From Pseudomonadota bacterium (GTDB taxonomy: Bacteria > Pseudomonadota > Gammaproteobacteria > Burkholderiales > Burkholderiaceae_C): 35,231 bases of DNA. The number at the start of each line of letters is the position of its first letter. The stretch's first letter is position 1. Shown here piece after piece: positions 11,493-18,719 of this stretch. The position numbers were made by a program, and so were the translations under genes. The notes beneath the pieces are model-generated. The model searched no databases, was not told the DNA's origin, and saw nothing but the letters and a program-made list of their open reading frames with translations. The DNA lies in contig JBDLTM010000001.1 in NCBI GenBank assembly GCA_039805805.1, positions 1-35,231 of the forward strand, in the 5' to 3' direction.

Positions 11493-13685
11493 TCAGCTGC
11501 CGATCACGCCGCCATCCTTCTTGGTGATGACGATGGTGGCCGAGCGCGGACGCTTGCCGGCGCCGTAGCCGGCGTTGGCGGGCCACTGGCTGGTGTACTT
11601 GTCCGGATTGCCGACATCGGCCATCCTGGTGGTTTCGCCCGGGTGCTGGATGTTGATGAACATCGCGCGGCCGTCGGGGGTCTCGCACCAGCCGGTGATC
11701 TCGCAGTCCTTCGGGCCGACCAGGAAGCGCTTGAGCGTGGCTTCGGTCGGCGCCTTGCCGACGAAGGTGTCGACCTGGCGGCTGCTGCCGTCGGCCAGCT
11801 GGTGGGTCACGGTCTTCTTGCCGCCATCGCCGACCTGGCCCGGGATCGCGGCCAGCAGCATGCAGTTGCTCTGGTCGGTGTAGGCGCCGTCGTCGGTCTG
11901 GATCCAGCAGATGCCGGTCGAGGGGCTGAACACCAGGCCGTCGGGCGAGGACATGTCGTTGGCGTCGGTCAGGTTGGACAGGTTGACCCTGGAGGCATCG
12001 GCACCAGCCTCGGCGCCAAAGACGTAGATGTCCCAGCGGAAGGCATTGTCGGTCGGCCTGGCTTCGGCCAGGCGCAGGATATGGCCGTTGACGTTGCCCT
12101 TCTGTTCCTTGCCGCCCCTGAGGTCAGTGTAGGAGCGCGGGTTGGTGGCGTCGGTGCGCTCGGGCGTGCGGGTGCTGTTGTTGGTCAGCGTGATGTAGAG
12201 CTCGCCGTTGCGCGGGTTGACGCCGCCCCATTCCGGGCGGTCCATCTTGGTCGCGCCGGCCGCGTCGGCGGCGATGCGGGTGAAGACGGCGATGTCGGCC
12301 TCGCTCTTGAACGCAAAGCCCTTGTACTGGGCCAGCGCCGGGTTGTCGAGCGAGAGCTCCAGCCACTCGCCGCTGCCGTCGTTGCCGAAGCGGGCCGCAT
12401 AGAGCTTGCCGCGGTTGAGGTACTTGTCGCCGGTGGCCAGGCGGTTGGCCGGGCGCGCGTCCTTCGGGTCCCACTTGGCGGCCGAGACGAACTTGTACAG
12501 GTACTCGTTGCGCGCGTCGTCGCCCATGTAGGCGACGATCGGCTGGCCGGCGACCGGCTTGGCGAAGCTCACGCTCTCGTGCGCGAAGCGGCCCAGCGCC
12601 GAGCGCTTGCGCACCTTGAGCTCCGGCTCGTAGGGGTCCATCTCGACCACGTAGCCGAAGGTGTTCATCTCGTTGCGGTAGTCGTCCTTGGCCGAATTGC
12701 CCAGCGCGCCGTTGTTCCAGCGCTGGTAGCGGTCGAGCTCGCCCGCGCTCTCCCAGCCATGGCGGCTGGCGGCACCAGCCTTGCGGCCGTAGCGGTTCAG
12801 GCCGGCGACCTGGCGGTCGTCCTTGCCGCGGCGCTCGTCGTCCTTGGCATCGCGGAAGAAGTAGCCGTTCCAGTTCTCCTCGCCTGAGACGAAGCTGCCC
12901 CAGGGGGTCTTGCCGGTACCGCAGTTGTTGAGCGTGCCGCGCGCCAGTTTGCCGTCCGGGCTGTAGCGGGTGATGGCGTGCTCACTGCCGCGCAGCGGGC
13001 CGTGCAGCTCGACCTCGGTCATGGTGGTGACGCGGCGGTTGAAGCGCGAAGCCTGCTGGTAAGCCCATTGGCCCTTGCTGGCTTCGACCTCGACCACCGA
13101 CAGGCCGTGGATGGCGAGTTCCTTCTCGACCTCATCGGCGCGGCGCGGCAGCGCGGCCTTGCCGCCATCGGCGTGCAGGAAGAAGGAGGTCAGCTTCTCG
13201 TCGGTCGTGGCCTCGTGGTTCATGGCCAGCAGGCCGCGCGCATTGTAGTGCTCGCTCGGGCGGCCATTGGCGCTCAGGCTGAACCATTCCATGCCGTCGT
13301 GGTGGTCGCCGGCACGGCGGTGGAAATCGGTGTCGCTGCCGTCGTTCCTGAACGCCGGCGTGCTGGCGTCGAGCGGGTCGCCCAGCGCGTAGATGACCTG
13401 GTACTGGTAGCCCTCGGCGATGCTGACCTGGTCGGCAATGCTCTTGGCGACCGGCTTGAAGCCCAGCGTGGTCAGCCCAGCGCTGACCTTGCGACCGGCT
13501 TGGGCGCCATGGCCAGCCGCCAGCGCGCCGCTGCCCGCCAGGCCCAGGCCGGCCGCGCCCACGGCGCCGCGCAGGATGTTGCGGCGGTTCAGGCGCGCGC
13601 CCAGCACCTGGTCGAAGTGCGGGTTGGCGCTGCTGTTGGAGTCTTCATCGTTGAAGAGGGCGTCGGGGCGGATGTCGTGTTGCAA
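11493..13685 (-). CDS. phoX: PhoX family alkaline phosphatase, Tat-exported (copy 1)
   Basis: Tat motif NRRNIL; DHHDGM, MNHE, TLNNC, TPWGSFVSGEEN, LGRFAHE, YMGDD, MDRPEW, SPDGL, EITG, NIQHPG. Probable TTG start at 13685 after GAGGT (ORF-track start 13757). Confidence 0.92.
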   Translation of the reverse strand: MQHDIRPDALFNDEDSNSSANPHFDQVLGARLNRRNILRGAVGAAGLGLAGSGALAAGHGAQAGRKVSAGLTTLGFKPVAKSIADQVSIAEGYQYQVIYALGDPLDASTPAFRNDGSDTDFHRRAGDHHDGMEWFSLSANGRPSEHYNARGLLAMNHEATTDEKLTSFFLHADGGKAALPRRADEVEKELAIHGLSVVEVEASKGQWAYQQASRFNRRVTTMTEVELHGPLRGSEHAITRYSPDGKLARGTLNNCGTGKTPWGSFVSGEENWNGYFFRDAKDDERRGKDDRQVAGLNRYGRKAGAASRHGWESAGELDRYQRWNNGALGNSAKDDYRNEMNTFGYVVEMDPYEPELKVRKRSALGRFAHESVSFAKPVAGQPIVAYMGDDARNEYLYKFVSAAKWDPKDARPANRLATGDKYLNRGKLYAARFGNDGSGEWLELSLDNPALAQYKGFAFKSEADIAVFTRIAADAAGATKMDRPEWGGVNPRNGELYITLTNNSTRTPERTDATNPRSYTDLRGGKEQKGNVNGHILRLAEARPTDNAFRWDIYVFGAEAGADASRVNLSNLTDANDMSSPDGLVFSPSTGICWIQTDDGAYTDQSNCMLLAAIPGQVGDGGKKTVTHQLADGSSRQVDTFVGKAPTEATLKRFLVGPKDCEITGWCETPDGRAMFINIQHPGETTRMADVGNPDKYTSQWPANAGYGAGKRPRSATIVITKKDGGVIGS

Positions 13686-13737
13686 GTTGGACCTCTGGTG
13701 GCATGGTGCACAAACCCCATGAGTCTTGCGTTTGGTT

Positions 13738-13777
13738 GTGAAATCCTTGTGAAGCAATAGTGACGCTAACGTGAAAA
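13738..13777 (-). promoter_or_regulatory. Four-unit Pho box-like array upstream of phoX copy 1
   Basis: GTGA recurs on the plus strand at 13738, 13749, 13760 and 13771 (11-bp period). Minus strand TTTTCAC/GCGTCAC/GCTTCAC/ATTTCAC, then 10 nt, then AAGACT. Confidence 0.7.
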
Positions 13778-13808
13778 ACCCCTGGGAGCCAGTGGCTGCC
13801 AGGGTTTT
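13774..13808 (-). terminator. Rho-independent terminator of phoX copy 2
   Basis: AAAAACCCCTGG...CCAGGGTTTT inverted repeat with an inner AGCCA/TGGCT pair, 24 nt after the stop. Confidence 0.75.
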
Positions 13809-13832
13809 AGCTGGGGATAAGAAGGCTTGCTA

Positions 13833-15797
13833 TCAGCTGCCGATCACACCGCCATCGTTCTTTGTGATCACGATGGTGGCCGAGCGCGGCAGCGTGTTGC
13901 CGCCATCCGGCCAGTGGCTTCCGCCCTCTTCGCCGGGGTGCTGGATGTTGATGAACATCGTCTTGTTGTCCGGCGTGAAGGTCAGGCCGGTGACCTCGCA
14001 CTCCTTCGGACCGACGAAGAAGCGGCGGATTTCCTTGGTCTTGGGGTCGGCTGCCAGCATTTGGTTGTTGCCCTGGTTAGCATAGTTACCAGAGTTGCTG
14101 TAGTTACCGTCAGTCTGTATCCAGAGCCGACCAAAACGATCGAAGCCGAGACCATCGGGGCTGTTGAAGGTGTTTTCTGCGCTGACATTGGCAGAGCCCG
14201 CCTTGAGCGTTCCTGCGTTGCCCGGCATGGTCGGGTTGCCTGCCAGGACGAAGATATCCCATTCGAAGGTCAAAGCAGCGGCATCGTTCCCTGCTTCACG
14301 CCACCGTAGGATCTGGCCGTAGATGTTGCTCGCGCGCGGGTTGGCGTCGTCCGTCACGGTTCGGCCGGAGTTGTTTGTCAGCGTGACGTAGACTTCCTGG
14401 GTTTCCGGGTGGACGGTCACCCATTCCGGACGGTCCATCTTGGTCGCACCCACGGCATCGCCAGCCAGGCGGGCGTGGACCAGCACGTCGGCCTGATTGA
14501 CAAAGGAGTGAGTGGCGTTGCTAGCGTTCAGGCCGTTTTTGCCATGGGTCAGTTCTACCCATTCGCCGGTCCCCATCATGTCCCCAGAGGCGGCGCCGTC
14601 CTTGAAATTGGCCACGTAGAGGGTGCCGCTGTCCAGCAGGTTGCGGTTGTTGTTGATGTCGCCCGCGACATACTTGCCGGTCGAAACGAACTTGTAGATG
14701 TAGTCGTTGGCCTGGTCGTCGCCCATGTAAACGACGACGCGCTTGTCGGCGGTGAAGGCGTAGGCTGCGTTCTCGTGCTTGAAGCGGCCCAGCGCGGTGC
14801 GCTTCTTCGGGGTGGAAGTGGAGTCGAAGGGGTCGATCTCGACGATCCAGCCGAAACGATTGGATTCGTTGGGTTCCTTCTTGTAGTCGAAGCGGTCGTG
14901 CTGGGTTTCCCACGCATAGCCCGTGGTGCCAGCAGTGATGCCGTAGCGCTTTTGCGCGGCGGTGCGAGTATCGCTGCTGGTATCAGTAGTGCCGAAGTTA
15001 TTGTTGAAGTTTTCCTCGCAGGTCAGGTAAGTGCCCCACGGGGTGTAGCCGTTGCCACAGTTGTTGATGGTGCCCAGCACGATGGAGCCGGTCGGATCGT
15101 CGCTGGTCTTCAGCAGCGCGTCACCGGCGGCCGGGCCGGTCAGCAGCATCGGCGTGGCCGAGGTGATGCGGCGGTTGTACTGCGAATCGAGCACCACGTC
15201 CCACTTGCCTGCTGTGCGCTTGATGTGGATGACAGAGCATCCCCAGGCGTTGATCGACTTGTTCACTCGGTCCAGGGTATCGGCCGGCGCCGGTGTAGAT
15301 CCGAACAAGGTCAGGTAATTCTTGTAGCCAGAGGATTTGGTCGTGGTGCTGTACTCGTGGTTCATCACGAGCAGGCCTTCTTCGCTCGACTTGCCGTCGA
15401 TCGGAAAGAAGTGGATGCCGTCGTGGTTGTCGCCCACCTGGCGGGCCTGATCCGCGGCGTTCTCGCTGCCGTCACCCTTCCAGATCGAGCCCGCGCCAGA
15501 GGAGAACAGCGGTGTGCCCCAGGGCGCGAAGACGCTGGCGGTGTAGCCGTTTGCAATGCTCACGCCATCATCGGTATAGGCCGCGATACCGGTAAACCCG
15601 AGCAAGGGCTTGGCTTCTTCATCATCACTGCCACCACAGGCTGTCAGGCCGGTCGACATGAAGGCGACTGCAGCAGCACCAGTGCCAGATTTGATCAGGA
15701 AGCCACGGCGGCTGACGGCACGGCTGACAACTTCCTGGAAATGTTCGTTCTTGCTGAGGTTGGTCGGAAAATCGTCCTGGTCGGCGTGATGGCTCAT
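13833..15797 (-). CDS. phoX: PhoX family alkaline phosphatase, predicted Tat lipoprotein (copy 2)
   Basis: SRRGFL Tat motif plus lipobox GLTAC; DNHDG, MNHE, TINNC, TPWGTYLTCEEN, LGRFKHE, MDRPEW, SPDGL, NIQHPG; start at ATG 15797. Confidence 0.92.
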   Translation of the reverse strand: MSHHADQDDFPTNLSKNEHFQEVVSRAVSRRGFLIKSGTGAAAVAFMSTGLTACGGSDDEEAKPLLGFTGIAAYTDDGVSIANGYTASVFAPWGTPLFSSGAGSIWKGDGSENAADQARQVGDNHDGIHFFPIDGKSSEEGLLVMNHEYSTTTKSSGYKNYLTLFGSTPAPADTLDRVNKSINAWGCSVIHIKRTAGKWDVVLDSQYNRRITSATPMLLTGPAAGDALLKTSDDPTGSIVLGTINNCGNGYTPWGTYLTCEENFNNNFGTTDTSSDTRTAAQKRYGITAGTTGYAWETQHDRFDYKKEPNESNRFGWIVEIDPFDSTSTPKKRTALGRFKHENAAYAFTADKRVVVYMGDDQANDYIYKFVSTGKYVAGDINNNRNLLDSGTLYVANFKDGAASGDMMGTGEWVELTHGKNGLNASNATHSFVNQADVLVHARLAGDAVGATKMDRPEWVTVHPETQEVYVTLTNNSGRTVTDDANPRASNIYGQILRWREAGNDAAALTFEWDIFVLAGNPTMPGNAGTLKAGSANVSAENTFNSPDGLGFDRFGRLWIQTDGNYSNSGNYANQGNNQMLAADPKTKEIRRFFVGPKECEVTGLTFTPDNKTMFINIQHPGEEGGSHWPDGGNTLPRSATIVITKNDGGVIGS

Positions 15798-15913
15798 TGA
15801 TGGTTCTCGCTTGGCTGGTATTCGATAAATGCCGCCTCTGTTGGGCGCAGCCCAGGCAGCGAATAAGGTCTTGGAGCAGTGGCCCAAGCCAGAGGACATC
15901 ATCGACGTTGATC

Positions 15914-15953
15914 ATGACGGCATCATGTGGATGCCGTGATGTTTTCATGACTA
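15914..15953 (-). promoter_or_regulatory. Four-unit Pho box-like array upstream of phoX copy 2
   Basis: Minus strand TAGTCAT/ACATCAC/TCCACAT/CCGTCAT at an 11-bp period, then 10 nt, then GATGAT (15903-15898). Confidence 0.65.
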
Positions 15954-16112
15954 CCACTCTGTTCTGCTTGACCAGATGCTGTGTCGTTTCCATTTTTGAC
16001 AAAGCCTGTCAACGAGTATTCACTGAGAGATTTTTCACGGCTGGATTTTTCTATTTAATATGATAACCGTGCCATACTGCGCTCATTTTTTGCCTGCCAG
16101 CGTCATCAGCCG

Positions 16113-16146
16113 AGGTCATGTAGCTGTCACGCCCGCCCACTAATCT
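16113..16146 (+). promoter_or_regulatory. Pho box and -10 element of the phytase-like lipoprotein gene
   Basis: AGGTCAT-gtag-CTGTCAC (16113-16130), then 10 nt, then TAATCT (16141-16146). Confidence 0.72.
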
Positions 16147-16173
16147 TTGCTCTCCAACTTAATGGAGAGTTTG

Positions 16174-18528
16174 ATGCTGCGCCTTAAAAACGCCTTGAAA
16201 ACCCTGGCATTGGCCTTGAGCGTGGCCGGCTTGTTCACCGCCTGCAGCGATGAAGCCAACGAGCTGGCGGCCTCGGTTGCCGATCCGGCCATGTCCTTCA
16301 ACCGGGTCGCAACCTTCGCGGTCTGCGAGCAGATCGGTTCCTCCTGCGAGTCGAACGAGGAGACCGCAGCCGAGATCGCCGCCGCCAGCGTTGACGGCAT
16401 GACCGTCATCTACACCAACAGCCCCAAGCGGGAGATCGGCTTCGTCGACATCACCGATCCTGCCAATCCCCTGCCCCTGGGTGCACTGGCCATGGGCGGC
16501 GAGCCTACTTCGGTCGCCGTGCTGGGCGCCTACGCCGTGGTGGCGGTCAACACCAAGCCCGGCGTCGCCGACGAGTTCAGCAGCCCGGCCGGCAAGCTGG
16601 TGGTGGTGGACATCGCCAAGCGCCAGGTCGTCAAGGAACTGGCCTTGGGCGGCCAGCCCGATTCGGTCGCCGTCAGCAAGGACGGCCGCTACATCGCCGT
16701 GGTGATCGAGAACCAGCGCGACGAGGGCATCAACGGCGGGGCCTTGCCGCAGACGCAGCCCGGGTTGCTCATGATCGTCGACTCGGTGGGCACCCCCGAC
16801 ACATGGAAGACCCGCCCCGTGGCCTTGACCGGCTTGGCGACCCTGTACCCCACCGACCCCGAGCCGGAATATGTCTCCATCAACGATGACAACATCGCAG
16901 CCGTCACGCTGCAGGAAAACAACCATGTGGTGCTGGTCGACCTGAAGTCTGGCGCTGTCACGGGGCATTTCAGCGCCGGCAGTGTCACCCTGAAGCAGGT
17001 GGACCTGACCGACGAGCGGCCGAACAAGATCGCGCTGAGCGAGACCCAGGCCGATCGTCTGCGTGAACCCGACGGCATCGCATGGCTTTCCAGGACCCGG
17101 TTTGCGATTGCCAACGAGGGTGATCTCAATGGCGGAAGCCGCAGTTTCTCCATCCTGAACACCCAGGGTCAGGTGGAGTACGACTCCGGCGCCGAACTCG
17201 AGCATCTGGCGGTACGTCTGGGGCATTTCAACGACCGCCGCTCCGACGCCAAGGGCACTGAGCCCGAGAACGTGGCCTTTGCCCGCTTCGACAAGACCGA
17301 CTACCTGTTCGTGGCCCTGGAGCGCGCCAGCCTGCTGGCGGTCTATGACCTATCGGTGCCGACCAAGCCGGTGCTCAAGCAGGCCCTGCCGGGCGCGATC
17401 AGCCCCGAAGGCATCCTGACCATTCCGTCGCGTGGCCTGGTGATCAGTGCCAGCGAAGTCGATGACCGTGGCCTGCCCGCGCGCGCGGCCCTGAACATCT
17501 ACGCCTACCAGAAGGCGGCTGCCAGCTATCCCAAGATCGTTTCTGACGATCGTGCCGACGGCACGCCGATTCCCTGGGCGGCGCTGTCCGGCATGGCGGC
17601 GCTGGATGACAAGACCGTCTACGCCGTCGATGACAGCTTCTTCCGCGGTAACCGCATCCTCGAGCTGGACGTGTCCGTCGCGCCTGCCGTGATCCGTCGC
17701 GAGATCCTGATCAAGGACAGCAACGACGTGTTCAAGAACTTCGGTCTGACCCTGCCTGCGGCCAAGGACAGCCAGGCCTTCGACCTGACCGATGTGACGG
17801 CGATGATCAATGCCGACAAGTCGGTCAACATCGACCCGGAGGGCGTTGCCCTGGCCAGCGGCGGTGGCTTCTGGGTCGCATCGGAGGGGGCAGGTTCCAA
17901 GACCACGTACGAGACCAAGCGCGACATCCTCTCGGCCAACCTCATCTTCAAGGTGGCCGCCAACGGAGACATCCAGGAGGTGATCGCCCTGCCGGAGACG
18001 GTGAATGGAGCGCAGCAGGCCCGCTACGGCCTGGAAGGCGTTGCCGAGCATGCCGGCAAGCTGGTGGTGGCTATCCAGCGCAGCTGGGACCCACTCAACA
18101 AGGCGGGCAATCCCGGCATCGGGGTCTATGACCTGAGCGCCAAGACCTGGATGTTCCTGTCCTATCCGATCGATCCGGTGTCCTCGCCCAACGGTGGCTG
18201 GGTGGGCCTGTCGGAGATCACTGCCATCGGTAGCAATCAGTACCTGGTGGTCGAACGCGACAACCAAATGGGCCCTGATGCCCGCATCAAGCGCCTTTAC
18301 AAGATCGACCTGACGGGCAAGGCCAACGGGGACTTGCTCAGCAAGACCCTGGTGCGTGATCTGCTGCCGGACCTGAAGGCCACCAAGGGCCTGGTGCTCG
18401 AGAAGATCGAGGGCCTGGCGCTGCTGCCCAACGGTGAGGTGATGTTCTCCACCGACAACGATGGTGTTAACGATCACGGCGGCGGTGGCGAGACCCAGCT
18501 GATCCGTCTCGGCAAGATCCTGAACTGA
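16174..18528 (+). CDS. Lipoprotein with N-terminal beta-propeller (choice-of-anchor I / atypical alkaline phosphatase-like) and C-terminal phytase-like esterase domain
   Basis: Lipobox LFTAC; GGEPTSVA, GGQPDSVA, DPEPEYV, ANEGD, GTEPE; C-terminal ALSG, IDPEG, FWVASEG, GLEG, GLSEI, VVERD, EKIEGLA, TDNDG; GGAGA RBS before ATG 16174. Confidence 0.82.
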   Translation: MLRLKNALKTLALALSVAGLFTACSDEANELAASVADPAMSFNRVATFAVCEQIGSSCESNEETAAEIAAASVDGMTVIYTNSPKREIGFVDITDPANPLPLGALAMGGEPTSVAVLGAYAVVAVNTKPGVADEFSSPAGKLVVVDIAKRQVVKELALGGQPDSVAVSKDGRYIAVVIENQRDEGINGGALPQTQPGLLMIVDSVGTPDTWKTRPVALTGLATLYPTDPEPEYVSINDDNIAAVTLQENNHVVLVDLKSGAVTGHFSAGSVTLKQVDLTDERPNKIALSETQADRLREPDGIAWLSRTRFAIANEGDLNGGSRSFSILNTQGQVEYDSGAELEHLAVRLGHFNDRRSDAKGTEPENVAFARFDKTDYLFVALERASLLAVYDLSVPTKPVLKQALPGAISPEGILTIPSRGLVISASEVDDRGLPARAALNIYAYQKAAASYPKIVSDDRADGTPIPWAALSGMAALDDKTVYAVDDSFFRGNRILELDVSVAPAVIRREILIKDSNDVFKNFGLTLPAAKDSQAFDLTDVTAMINADKSVNIDPEGVALASGGGFWVASEGAGSKTTYETKRDILSANLIFKVAANGDIQEVIALPETVNGAQQARYGLEGVAEHAGKLVVAIQRSWDPLNKAGNPGIGVYDLSAKTWMFLSYPIDPVSSPNGGWVGLSEITAIGSNQYLVVERDNQMGPDARIKRLYKIDLTGKANGDLLSKTLVRDLLPDLKATKGLVLEKIEGLALLPNGEVMFSTDNDGVNDHGGGGETQLIRLGKILN

Positions 18529-18550
18529 GTCCGGTAGGGGCTTGAGTTGC

Positions 18551-18579
18551 TGCGCCGCCCTCGGGCGGCGCATTATTTT
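18551..18579 (+). terminator. Rho-independent terminator
   Basis: TGCGCCGCCC-tc-GGGCGGCGCA followed by TTATTTT. Confidence 0.8.
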
Positions 18580-18719
18580 GCGAAGCCACTGCCTGCCGGA
18601 TGACGTTGGGGTTTCCCATTGGGCAGCTTCATCCGTATCATCCCTCTGTGCCTGAGTTGGACGGGTCTGCCGCTATCCGGCCGCGGCCCTTGGGCTTGGC
18701 TCAGGATAGGAGATTCGGC

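Noticed and set aside
13686-13757. Cys/His-containing N-terminal extension (HGVCAPCH) on phoX copy 1, resembling a CxxCH heme motif
   Set aside because: It overlaps the predicted Pho boxes and -10 element, and a GAGGT RBS with TTG at 13685 gives a better start, so it is probably untranslated.
13763-13778. Possible parS site (ACGTGAAA)
   Set aside because: Only a half match to TGTTTCACGTGAAACA; better explained by the Pho-box unit and terminator tail.
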